A DNA stretch of 62,724 bases, counting the filler. It is 4 parts of 4 records of this genome, joined end to end, with 100 filler letters (N's around TTAATTAATTAA, not from the genome) between each part and the next. Parts side by side here need not be neighbours in the genome. Positions count along the whole stretch, not along the records: positions 38,591 to 56,290 come from SRR31156797_5002; positions 56,391 to 62,724 come from SRR31156797_5007; 2 more parts are not named here. One strand, given 5' to 3'. Below the pieces are notes generated by a model, which was not told the origin of the DNA, ran no database searches, and worked only from the letters and a program-made list of their open reading frames with translations. This document shows positions 53,471-62,724 of the stretch, one piece after another (positions within the stretch are counted from its first letter, which is position 1; each line of letters begins with the position of its first letter). The position numbers and the translations under genes are program-made.

Positions 53471-55843
53471 TCAACTTTTATTAAACCTAAGATGATAGTT
53501 CTCGTCCCAATCAATAAATCCGGAAACATCGGTTTCTTCATCCGACAAACTAAAACCTTTTAATTTTCCGGTTTTACTTTTAAAGATAAGTGCCTCCATA
53601 TTGGCTTTGCTCAATTTCTTTTTCAGGAATTCGAAAGGAATAATTACCCGACAGCCATTTTTAAAATTAGAACAACCCCAGGCCGATTTTCCTTCGAGTA
53701 TATGACCGGTTTTACATTTAGGACATAACAATTCTTTAGCAGCTTCTTCCTCCAAACGCAAGTTAAAATCATCATCAAAACTAAGCACCCCGGCTACCTT
53801 GCTTCCTTCTAATTCAAAACCTTTTATTTTAGGTGTTTTTCCTTTTAAAATCAAACCTTCCACTTGTTTATCAGTCAGGCTCTTTCCTAAAAACTTAAAG
53901 GGAATTAATGTTTTACAGCCCGAAGCATAAGCAGAACACCCCCAGGCACTTTTACCTTTTATCATGGTACCCTCAGCGCATCGAGGACACTTTAATTCTT
54001 TGGCACTTTTAGCTGTTGGCTTTGCTTTAGATTTGGTTTTTACTTCCTTATCATCGTTTTCTTCAATAACAATTTTACCTTTGCTATAATCATTCTTTAC
54101 CTGAAAAACCAAATCAGAAACCATTTGCTTCAACTCCCCCATAAAATCACCTGCCTGGTAATTCCCGGTTTCGATTTGTCGTAGCTTTTGTTCCCACAAG
54201 CCGGTAAGTTCAGCTGATTTTAGAAGATCATTAGAAATAAACTCCATCAGCTTTACGCCCATGGTTGTTGGCAACACATTTTTACGAACCTTATATATGT
54301 ATTTACGCTTAAACAGGGTTTCGATGATATTGGCTCGTGTAGACGGACGACCGATGCCATTCTCCTTCATCAGCTCTCTTAACTCATCATCATCCACCTG
54401 CTTACCCGCTGTTTCCATAGCTCGAAGCAAAGTTGCCTCAGTATAATACTTTGGTGGCTGGGTTTCTTTCTCCTGAAAATCGGGTTCATGCGGACCACTT
54501 TCACCTTTGGTAAATTCAGGTAAAATCTTATCCTCCGTATCCTTTTTCCCTGACATAGATTTATACACCACTCGCCAGTTTTCCTTCAAAACCTGCTTTC
54601 CGGATGTTTTAAAATTGACATCCTCTACTTTCCCTAAAATGGTAGTTGTAGATATTTCACAATCGGTATAAAAGTTGGCTATAAATCTCCGGGTAACCGT
54701 ATCGTAGATAATTTTTTCATCGCGAGATAAACTCTCCGGTGCCGTCATTCCTGTAGGAATAATGGCATGGTGATCAGTTACCTTTTTATCATCAAATACT
54801 TTTTTAGACTTACGTATTTTTGCTCCCAACAAAGGCTCAACCAATGCCTGATACTGTTTTAATCCTTTTAATATCCCGCTAATTTTCGGATAGATATCAT
54901 TACTTAAATAAGTGGTATCTACACGCGGATAAGTAGTGAGTTTTTTCTCGTATAAGGACTGAATACCTTTTAAGGTTTCATCCGCCGACAAGGCAAACTT
55001 TTTATTACACTCTACCTGTAAAGAGGTTAAATCAAATAAACGCGGAGGCGCTTCTTTTCCTGGCTTTCGACTAAAATCGGTGACCTCAAAAGGTTTATCC
55101 TTAATTTTTTCCAATGCAGAACTCCCCTCCTCTTTGCTCGCATATTTTCCTTGTGTTGAATTAAATGTGACTCCTTTGTATAGCGTTTTAAGCTCCCAAT
55201 AAGGTTGAGGAACAAAGTTTTCTATTTCGAGATATCGATTTACAATCAATGCAAGCGTTGGTGTTTGAACTCTACCGATGGATAAAACCGTTCCCGGTTG
55301 ACTATACTTGATGGTGTATAAGCGTGTGGCATTTATCCCGAGTAACCAATCGCCAATTGCCCTGGAACTTCCTGCGGCATATAAAGCATTGAATTTATCG
55401 TTATCGTAAAGCTTTTCGAACCCCTCTCTGATAGCTTCTTCGGTAAGAGATGAAATCCACAAACGTTTTAAAGGAGCCTTGCAGCCGGCTTTTTGCAGTA
55501 CCCAACGTTGAATCACCTCTCCCTCTTGTCCGGCATCACCGCAGTTTATCACTTCCGTGGCCGTCTTCATTAGGCTTTCGATAACCCGAAACTGTTTTTC
55601 TACTCCCTTGTTCTCAATGATTTTAATTCCAAATTGCGAAGGTATGATAGGTAAAGTGCCCAGATTCCATCTTTTCCACTCGGGAAGATAATCGTGCGGT
55701 TCTTTTAATGTGCATAAATGGCCAAATGTCCAGGTAACCTGATAATTATTCCCTTCGTAATAACCATCTTTTTTGGTATTGGCACCAACAATTTTAGCTA
55801 TTTCTCCTGCAACACTGGGTTTCTCGGCAATACAAACGCGCAT
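53471..55843 (-). CDS. topB: DNA topoisomerase III
   Basis: IAEKPSVA, GDAGQEGE, IGRVQTPTL, TTYPRVD and GIGRPSTRA; two C-terminal Cys4 zinc-ribbon repeats. Confidence 0.93.
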   Translation of the reverse strand: MRVCIAEKPSVAGEIAKIVGANTKKDGYYEGNNYQVTWTFGHLCTLKEPHDYLPEWKRWNLGTLPIIPSQFGIKIIENKGVEKQFRVIESLMKTATEVINCGDAGQEGEVIQRWVLQKAGCKAPLKRLWISSLTEEAIREGFEKLYDNDKFNALYAAGSSRAIGDWLLGINATRLYTIKYSQPGTVLSIGRVQTPTLALIVNRYLEIENFVPQPYWELKTLYKGVTFNSTQGKYASKEEGSSALEKIKDKPFEVTDFSRKPGKEAPPRLFDLTSLQVECNKKFALSADETLKGIQSLYEKKLTTYPRVDTTYLSNDIYPKISGILKGLKQYQALVEPLLGAKIRKSKKVFDDKKVTDHHAIIPTGMTAPESLSRDEKIIYDTVTRRFIANFYTDCEISTTTILGKVEDVNFKTSGKQVLKENWRVVYKSMSGKKDTEDKILPEFTKGESGPHEPDFQEKETQPPKYYTEATLLRAMETAGKQVDDDELRELMKENGIGRPSTRANIIETLFKRKYIYKVRKNVLPTTMGVKLMEFISNDLLKSAELTGLWEQKLRQIETGNYQAGDFMGELKQMVSDLVFQVKNDYSKGKIVIEENDDKEVKTKSKAKPTAKSAKELKCPRCAEGTMIKGKSAWGCSAYASGCKTLIPFKFLGKSLTDKQVEGLILKGKTPKIKGFELEGSKVAGVLSFDDDFNLRLEEEAAKELLCPKCKTGHILEGKSAWGCSNFKNGCRVIIPFEFLKKKLSKANMEALIFKSKTGKLKGFSLSDEETDVSGFIDWDENYHLRFNKS

Positions 55844-56085
55844 TCTTAACTCTTAAATTTTAATGGAAGCACGAATATAGTAAAAATGTTAATGATGTTT
55901 GAAGGTTGCAATTGTAGTAATAAAGAAATGCCTTTGATGAGTATTTTGAAATCCCTCATTAATGTGCACACCATCAGTAATTAAAAAAAAGTACAACTAA
56001 CTTCTACCATATTTAGTCATACTTTTATATTTGAATATTCAAACTTACTATTGACGATATGATTAGGAATTAACCGCTTATCAAA

Positions 56086-56290
56086 TTAACTATTGATAGC
56101 TTCGGCTATGATCTTATGCATTCTTTCTGTTTGAAAAGGCTTACTAAAATATTCAATGATTAAGCCCGTATTAAGGGCTTCCTGAATCTCATCAGTAATT
56201 TGAAAACCAGTTAATATATAAAACTTTTTATCCGGGTATTTTTCTTTTGCTTTTTTGATAAATTCTATTCCATTCATCCCAGGCATTTTC
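56086..56290 (-). CDS. Single-domain response regulator (REC), 5'-truncated
   Basis: KMPGMNGIEF, ILTG and YFSKPF motifs; runs into the spacer. Confidence 0.8.
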
Positions 56291-56390
56291 NNNNNNNNNN
56301 NNNNNNNNNNNNNNNNNNNNNNNNNNNNNNNNNNTTAATTAATTAANNNNNNNNNNNNNNNNNNNNNNNNNNNNNNNNNNNNNNNNNNNN
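56291..56390. other. Artificial contig spacer
   Basis: 44 N + TTAATTAATTAA + 44 N. Confidence 0.98.
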
Positions 56391-56423
56391 ATCAAAAAGA
56401 AACTAAAATTTATATAATAGTTT

Positions 56424-57491
56424 TTATTCGTAGTTAGTTCTCTCAAGATAATGTTTCTTAAGTGACTCATCCCGCCTAAAAAATCTTATATAATTCCATT
56501 TGCAATGAACCATATGAGTAAGCCCCCAATCAAGACCATCTAAAGGAACTTCATTTTTTCCATCTCTGAAAGGTCCACAAGCTTCAGGAATAAACTTAAT
56601 CGCTCCCATTATCTCGAAATTAATACCATCTTTAGCAAATTGCATAGTATTTCTCTCCATACCATCAGTACAAAGACAAGCTGCAATACCATTTTTATAT
56701 TTCCATAAAAGTGTTTCATGTCCACTATTGGAGATAGGGTTATATTCAGACTTAATATAAGGCCCTTCAGCTTTATCAGCTATAGCAACTCCCCATTTAG
56801 TTTCTCTTCCACCCATGTACATTTTTTCTCCCATAGGTTCACCTTTATAATAAAGATAAAATTTATCATTATAGAAGAACAGTACAGGATCATGAGTTTT
56901 ATGACTATCAAATGAGCCTTGTTTTTTTACAGCAAATCTGTTATCATCTGTTCCTTCCCATTCACCATCATTTGATGGTTCTAAAATAGGAGCCGGTGAT
57001 TTTGTCCATGGTCCATGTGGATTATCAGCTGTTGCAATAGCAATTTTCTCTTTTACTCTATTAACATATGGATTTTCAACCACTTGATAAACAAGACAGA
57101 ATTTCCCATCATGATGAAGTACTTCCGGAGTAAATACACTTCTTTCATCATAACTTCCTTTTTCTCCTCTATCAACAGCTAAGCCTTCTTCTTTCCAAGT
57201 TTTACCATCTTTAGAGCTCGCATACCAGATCTCAGCCTGATCCCATTGAAATACTTTAGCATCTAAGTCACCGGTACCAAAACCTACATGTTCTCCATAT
57301 GATTTCGTATACCAAGTATAGTAAGTTCCATCTACCAAGATTACACTACTTGGATCTCTTCTATGTATTCCCTCTTCAGGTACGAAATCTCCATAACAAT
57401 CCTCTTCTTTGAATTCACAGTACCATTCCGGTCCTTTATTAAAATATCCTCGCTCTCTTGCTCTTTTCGTAGCCAGACTCTCTTTTTTCAT
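56424..57491 (-). CDS. Glycoside hydrolase family 117 (alpha-1,3-(3,6-anhydro)-L-galactosidase / neoagarobiose hydrolase), cytoplasmic
   Basis: SLATKRA N-terminal helix, [36 protein letters not shown] and [12 protein letters not shown] 57491 after GAGGAGG; no signal peptide. Confidence 0.88.
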   Translation of the reverse strand: MKKESLATKRARERGYFNKGPEWYCEFKEEDCYGDFVPEEGIHRRDPSSVILVDGTYYTWYTKSYGEHVGFGTGDLDAKVFQWDQAEIWYASSKDGKTWKEEGLAVDRGEKGSYDERSVFTPEVLHHDGKFCLVYQVVENPYVNRVKEKIAIATADNPHGPWTKSPAPILEPSNDGEWEGTDDNRFAVKKQGSFDSHKTHDPVLFFYNDKFYLYYKGEPMGEKMYMGGRETKWGVAIADKAEGPYIKSEYNPISNSGHETLLWKYKNGIAACLCTDGMERNTMQFAKDGINFEIMGAIKFIPEACGPFRDGKNEVPLDGLDWGLTHMVHCKWNYIRFFRRDESLKKHYLERTNYE

Positions 57492-57607
57492 TGCTTTAAT
57501 CCTCCTCAATAATCATTTAAAACTTTAACGGCAAACTGCACGAACCTTACATTCGATCGTTTAAAAATATTTATTTAAAATAAAATTATAAATTTATTTT
57601 TATTATT

Positions 57608-57641
57608 AAAAAAAGGGACGAGGGAAGCTAGGACTTCCCTC
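57608..57641 (-). terminator. Hairpin/terminator between GH2 and GH117
   Basis: Minus strand GAGGGAAG-TCCTAG-CTTCCCTC, then GTCCC and T7. Confidence 0.55.
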
Positions 57642-57664
57642 AATTCTAAGGGTTATAATGAAAT

Positions 57665-60127
57665 CTATTTAATAATTAGATTTAACTCATTACTAGTTAT
57701 ATTATTATATTTAGCTTTTATTTTTACTTCTCCAGCTTTACCACTTTCCTGAAGAATCATCAATGCTTTTCCCTGACTTGTTTTAATTTTATTGGATTTA
57801 TGATCCTGTACATTTTTTCTCGATCCATTATCTACACCAAGATTTATTATATCTCCTATTATTTCAAACTCTAACTCTTTCTCTTCTGTTATTACAAGAA
57901 CTCCGTTTTTATCAATAAGCTGCGCTACTATATGGCTACACTCTCCCTGATTTACATTTAGCTCAGCTTTATCAATAGTTAATCTGATCCCTCCTGCAGA
58001 TTCAGAGCTATTTATTACAAATTCAGTATTTTCAATATCTTTTATACCTACTGCTTTTAACTCGCCATTACTAAACGGAACAGCCCATTTATATATATGA
58101 TCTTCAAAAGATTCCAGTTTTTTCTTTCCAAGTGATTTATTATTTAGGAATAATTCTACTTCAGGGCAGTTTGAATAAACCTCTACGATTATACTCTCTC
58201 CTTCGGTATAATTCCAATGTCGGTTAACATCATGCCATTTCCATAGCAGTTGTTCCCATGCTCCCGGATCTTTCTCTACAACTTCGCCGTTAGACTCTTT
58301 AAACATTGATTTCTCTGCCGTTTGTGATGCTATATATATAGATGCAGTATCATTCCACAGTGATTTCATCATATAATACGAGTCATTTTCAAAACCAGCT
58401 AGATCAAGTAAACCTACTCCTAAACTCTTAGTGGGCCACTCTTCCCCATTGTGGTGTGCTTCTCCCAAATAGTCTATTCCAGTCCATAAGAATAATCCTG
58501 AGATAAAGTCTCTCTCTAATATAGCTTTCCAGTCATGCCACTGCCCTAGATTCTCAGTTCCCATACAAATTTTATCCGGGTAGTTTCTCTTAGCATAATC
58601 ATAGATAACTCTTCTATAACTAAATCCAACTATATCAAGTGCATCAGTATAACCTGCCTCAAAACTGGCAGATGGTAAAATACAGTTAGCTATTACAGGT
58701 CTGCTAGTATCCATCTCTTTAGTCCATTTTGAGAGTTTTTTCGCTGTTTCTCCAATATCATATTTTCCTTTTGGAAGAGTATCCACCTTCTCTCTAATTT
58801 GCTCTATTGAATGTGGCGGCTCAGTCCAGAAGTAGTTTCCACTAGTACCTGCATCAAAAAAACCAGTTGCTTCTACATTTCTTGGATATGTCCACTCTAT
58901 CTCATTACCTATACTCCATTGGAATACACTTGGATGATTTCTATGACTTAGCATAGTTGCCTTTAGGTCCATCTCTGCCCATTCCTGGAAATATCTATCG
59001 TATCCTCTAGACAAATAATCATCATGTCTCTCAACACCATTTAATCTTTTATCTTTAGGATTATCCCATTCATCAAAGAACTCATCTTGCACCAAGATTC
59101 CCATCTCATCACATAAATCAAGGAATTCAGATGACATAGGATTATGCGCACATCTTATCGCATTGCAACCTGCTTCTTTTAATTTAGCAAATCTTCTTCT
59201 CCATACATCTTTTGGAACAGCTGCTCCAACTAGACCTGCATCATGATGAAGACAAACACCTTTTATCTTCATATTCTCATCATTTAAGAAGAAACCTTTA
59301 TCTTTGTCAAAATAGATATCTCTAATTCCAAACTTCGTTGAGTATTGGTCAAGTACAACATCATTTTCCACTAGCTCTACAATACATGTATAAAGATTAG
59401 GTTCATCTAAGCCCCAAAGTTTTGGCTCAGCTAAATCAAACTTAAAATCAAATATGTTATCTGATATTTTTATCTCTTTCTTAAATGTTTCTCTTAAAAC
59501 CAAGTTATTATCGATATCATATATTTGAACTAAAACATCAATATTTTTATTCTCTGAATAATTATTTTTAACTTTCAATTCTAAGTTAATTTCGGCTTCT
59601 TTTTTACTTACTTTCGGAGTTGTTATGAATGTTCCCCAGATGGGAATATGTATATTGTTAAGTACTGCGATTTGAACATCTCTATAGATACCCGAACCTG
59701 TATACCATCTACTGTCCACATATCTTGTTCTATCAACTTTTACTGCTAAAACATTATCATCATTTTCCAGATATTTCGTAATATCGTAATAAAATGGTGA
59801 ATAACCATATGGATGAAAACCTAATCTTTCTCCATTAATCCACATCTCAGAGTTATTATATACTCCATCAAAATGAATATATACAGTTTTATCTTCCAGT
59901 TCTCCTAGGTTAAAATGTTTTCTGTACCAACCTATTCCACCTGTTAAGTATGCTGTTGCCCCATCTCCGTTATCCTTATCATAGGGGTTTTCTATACTCC
60001 AGTCATGCGGTACACATAAAGTTCTCCATGAACTATCCTCATATTTTTTAGCTGAAGCTACGATATTTTCATCCTCTATAAATTTCCAATTGTCATTAAA
60101 TAGTTTTCTAAATTTATTCATTTTCAA
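57665..60127 (-). CDS. Glycoside hydrolase family 2 beta-galactosidase, likely acting on agaro-oligosaccharides
   Basis: [45 protein letters not shown] (acid/base) and GTEN; AGGAGG SD; adjacent to GH117. Confidence 0.88.
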   Translation of the reverse strand: MKMNKFRKLFNDNWKFIEDENIVASAKKYEDSSWRTLCVPHDWSIENPYDKDNGDGATAYLTGGIGWYRKHFNLGELEDKTVYIHFDGVYNNSEMWINGERLGFHPYGYSPFYYDITKYLENDDNVLAVKVDRTRYVDSRWYTGSGIYRDVQIAVLNNIHIPIWGTFITTPKVSKKEAEINLELKVKNNYSENKNIDVLVQIYDIDNNLVLRETFKKEIKISDNIFDFKFDLAEPKLWGLDEPNLYTCIVELVENDVVLDQYSTKFGIRDIYFDKDKGFFLNDENMKIKGVCLHHDAGLVGAAVPKDVWRRRFAKLKEAGCNAIRCAHNPMSSEFLDLCDEMGILVQDEFFDEWDNPKDKRLNGVERHDDYLSRGYDRYFQEWAEMDLKATMLSHRNHPSVFQWSIGNEIEWTYPRNVEATGFFDAGTSGNYFWTEPPHSIEQIREKVDTLPKGKYDIGETAKKLSKWTKEMDTSRPVIANCILPSASFEAGYTDALDIVGFSYRRVIYDYAKRNYPDKICMGTENLGQWHDWKAILERDFISGLFLWTGIDYLGEAHHNGEEWPTKSLGVGLLDLAGFENDSYYMMKSLWNDTASIYIASQTAEKSMFKESNGEVVEKDPGAWEQLLWKWHDVNRHWNYTEGESIIVEVYSNCPEVELFLNNKSLGKKKLESFEDHIYKWAVPFSNGELKAVGIKDIENTEFVINSSESAGGIRLTIDKAELNVNQGECSHIVAQLIDKNGVLVITEEKELEFEIIGDIINLGVDNGSRKNVQDHKSNKIKTSQGKALMILQESGKAGEVKIKAKYNNITSNELNLIIK

Positions 60128-60254
60128 TTTGAATCCTCCTGATTTATTAGTTTTAGTTTTTCTTTAAATTTTATTTTAAAATCTAATAAATTTTGAATCT
60201 GTTTCTTCTTTTTTGTTTTGGTTTTCGCATTATAAAACCTCACTCTTATTTTTA

Positions 60255-61991
60255 TTATGCCATTTGATTACTTATACTAAATCTTTTTACTAAACCTTGC
60301 AAAATTTCAGCATGTTTTTTTAAATTTTCAGATAAACCTGTTACAGCTTCTAAATTAGCAGCCTGCTCCTCAACTGTACTTGAGATAGTAAGCATTCCAC
60401 CTTTATTCTCCTGAACAAAAGCATTGTTTCTCTCGATACGTTCATTTACCTGATTTAACTGAGTTATCAGTTCTTCTACCTGATATACTATCTTAGCTAC
60501 ATCATCTTTCACTGTATGATTTGCTTTGTTTATCTTGCTAAATTGATCATATGAGTTATTAGCTACTTTTATACTTTTTTCTGACTTATCCAAAGTTACT
60601 TCTATATCGGTATTCATTTTAGTAAATCCGCTTTTCAGAGATTTAATCAGCTTACTAATTCTATCTGCGGAGCTTGAAGAGCCCTCTGCGAGTTTTCTGA
60701 TTTCCTCTGCAACTACCGCAAATCCTCTACCAACGTCTCCTGCTCTGGCAGCTTCAATTGCTGCATTCAGTGCCAACAGGTTTGTTTGATCAGCTATACT
60801 TAGAATCAAGCCAACCATCTCATTCATCTCTTCAGAATAATTATTTAACTCTTTAATTACTTCTGAAGTAGCTTTTACTGATAAATTATTACTCTCTATT
60901 TGTTTTACAAGCTCTTGAATAGATTTAGTTCCTTCATCAGATAACTCGACGGATTCTACAGCATTTTTCAGGATAATTCTTGATTCTTCTGCTATTCCGG
61001 CTGAAATCCCACTTATTATTCCGGTTTCATTCATCATCTCTACACTATCATCAGCTAACTGTTCACTACTACAGACGATCTGAGATACTGAGCTTGCTAT
61101 CTGTTCTCCACCAAGTCTATTTTCCTTTGAATTACTTAATATAGTTTCTGAGGCATCTTCCACACTTGTACTTGCATTAGTTAAGTTCGTTACAACATCG
61201 TATAGACTTTTATTCATCTTATTAAATGCATCAGCCAGTGTACTCACTTCATCATTTGTTTTTACTATTATCACTTCATTATTTATATCTCCATTAGCAA
61301 TTGCCTCTGCACTTTTACATACTTTTCCAAGTGCCTTTGATATATTTCCTGTTATTTTTAATATCCAAACAAGTGAGAACAATACTGAAATTCCAACTAA
61401 GGATATGCTCAAAATTAGTATTAACTTATCTACTTCATTTATTTTTTTACGAATCTCCAGATCTTTTTCTAACAATACTTTGATTAAATCATCCATGTTG
61501 ATTTGAATAAAATTAAGTGGCATTGTTAAATCAACTTTATCACTAATCGCTTCTTTTATATTATCAGAAGCTACATTTTTTTCTATACTGTTTATCTTTT
61601 CTGCAAATTGATCAAAAAATATTTCCATCTCCAAATAAAGCTCTCTCTCTTCACCTTCGATTAATTTTGAATAATCTTTTGCAATTTTTAATAATTCTCC
61701 GGCACTGGTAAAATCTTCTTTTTTTCCAGTATCAATGAATTTTTTTACTTCTTCAGGCATCTCCTTTGCTAAACTAATTATCTTATTTGCTTCTATAATT
61801 TGTTCCAGCATGTTATCATAATTTTGGGTAGAATAAATACTTCCAGCAATAACAAATACTATTGCTACTGTTATTGATAATGTTGCTCCTACAAATACTC
61901 TTACTATTTTATTTCTTACACTCATATATTTTTTAGCCTTCATAAGGCTTTTTTTATTTTTTTTCACACCTATTTTTTTCATTTTTACCAC
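60255..61991 (-). CDS. Methyl-accepting chemotaxis protein
   Basis: Two TM helices, HAMP domain and [38 protein letters not shown] signature; exact start uncertain. Confidence 0.92.
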   Translation of the reverse strand: MVKMKKIGVKKNKKSLMKAKKYMSVRNKIVRVFVGATLSITVAIVFVIAGSIYSTQNYDNMLEQIIEANKIISLAKEMPEEVKKFIDTGKKEDFTSAGELLKIAKDYSKLIEGEERELYLEMEIFFDQFAEKINSIEKNVASDNIKEAISDKVDLTMPLNFIQINMDDLIKVLLEKDLEIRKKINEVDKLILILSISLVGISVLFSLVWILKITGNISKALGKVCKSAEAIANGDINNEVIIVKTNDEVSTLADAFNKMNKSLYDVVTNLTNASTSVEDASETILSNSKENRLGGEQIASSVSQIVCSSEQLADDSVEMMNETGIISGISAGIAEESRIILKNAVESVELSDEGTKSIQELVKQIESNNLSVKATSEVIKELNNYSEEMNEMVGLILSIADQTNLLALNAAIEAARAGDVGRGFAVVAEEIRKLAEGSSSSADRISKLIKSLKSGFTKMNTDIEVTLDKSEKSIKVANNSYDQFSKINKANHTVKDDVAKIVYQVEELITQLNQVNERIERNNAFVQENKGGMLTISSTVEEQAANLEAVTGLSENLKKHAEILQGLVKRFSISNQMA

Positions 61992-61999
61992 CCATCGTG

Positions 62000-62683
62000 T
62001 TATTCTTGTCTTAAGTTTTCCTCTATATCTATCAAAGTTTGCTTTAGGTTCAGCATTATTAAATAAGCAACAACAACAGGTGTAAAAAGCGCTAATAAAA
62101 GATGTCCTTTAACAAATAATGCTCCAGCCAAAGTTACATAAACCAAGTTCATTATAGTTTCTTTATATCTAAGAATCGAATAATATAGAGCTAATCTTAG
62201 AATATCTAAAGTTCCTAAGTTAAACCTTGAAATTATAGGGTAAATAAATGTCCCCAGAGCTATTGAGATCACTATAACCAGCAGTATAATAATTCTAAAT
62301 AAAAGCGTCCCCTCTTTATAACTCAATATCTCTATGTATTTAATCATCATAATTCCACTAGCTGACTGAACCATAAAATAGATCATTGATTGCAGAAAAC
62401 TTAATCTATAATATTTAATATAATCCCGCAGTATTGTCATACTTTTTTCTCTCTGATATTTTCCAACTGTGGAAAATAGTGCTGCTATTGCCGGCCCTGC
62501 AAATATTAATGAAGCTGTAAAATAAATAATCCCTCTCTGGAAAATTTCCTCACCAATTAGTGCAATTAACATAATCACAGGTGCAATTGCTAAAAGAAAG
62601 CATAAATTTGCAGCTACAAACCAATACGCAACTGATATCGCTTCATACCATCTACTTTCTAAAAAATTTTTCTCTTTTTTCAT
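62000..62683 (-). CDS. YesL/DUF624 family membrane protein (sugar ABC transporter-associated)
   Basis: [15 protein letters not shown] and YPIISRF..L..ILRLAL patterns; AAGGAG SD. Confidence 0.75.
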   Translation of the reverse strand: MKKEKNFLESRWYEAISVAYWFVAANLCFLLAIAPVIMLIALIGEEIFQRGIIYFTASLIFAGPAIAALFSTVGKYQREKSMTILRDYIKYYRLSFLQSMIYFMVQSASGIMMIKYIEILSYKEGTLLFRIIILLVIVISIALGTFIYPIISRFNLGTLDILRLALYYSILRYKETIMNLVYVTLAGALFVKGHLLLALFTPVVVAYLIMLNLKQTLIDIEENLRQE

Positions 62684-62724
62684 TTTTCTCTCCTTAGTTA
62701 TAATGAATGTTGTAAATCTTGGCA

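Noticed and set aside
53471-54000. Duplicated Cys4/KGF segments at the topB C-terminus as a novel repeat
   Set aside because: Zinc-ribbon C-terminal repeats are a known feature of type IA topoisomerases.
57510-57565. Structured RNA or antiterminator in the GH117 leader
   Set aside because: Only a 4-bp CGAA/TTCG pairing is visible, which is insufficient support.

Overview
This window is not one locus. It is four contigs joined by artificial 100-nt spacers (44 N + TTAATTAATTAA + 44 N) at 10839-10938, 38491-38590 and 56291-56390. Contig 1 (1-10838) is AT-rich, uses Shine-Dalgarno (SD) sites and looks Fusobacteriota/Bacillota-like. It carries ricT/yaaT, trmN6, an HD-GYP gene, uvrB, xseA, a TPR gene, dprA and a truncated sensor kinase. 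Contig 2 (10939-38490) is Bacteroidota (Marinifilaceae-like), with TAnnTTTG promoters and generally no SD. It carries a truncated tyrosine integrase, udk, manA, engB, prs, rplY, pth, hslR, lnt, an accessory block at about 25-33 kb, dsbD, rng and a partial bS22. Contig 3 (38591-56290) is also Bacteroidota: ligA, lpoB, a PAS kinase, yigZ, an Xre/RES toxin-antitoxin pair, monomeric icd, a frameshifted dnaX and topB. Contig 4 (56391-62724) is an SD-using low-GC organism with a YesL, chemoreceptor, GH2 and GH117 agar-oligosaccharide locus. The most notable signals are: (1) an exactly 21-bp-phased, head-to-head array of a 9-bp motif with variable 12-bp spacers at 29230-29498; (2) a 5S rRNA loop-E mimic in the rplY 5' leader; (3) a -1 frameshift in dnaX that yields the LONG product, the reverse of E. 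coli; (4) a DNPH1-like glycosidase fused to a DUF4269 nucleotidyltransferase-like domain; (5) a chemoreceptor embedded in an agar-catabolic operon. All family calls come from motif recognition only; no searches were run.
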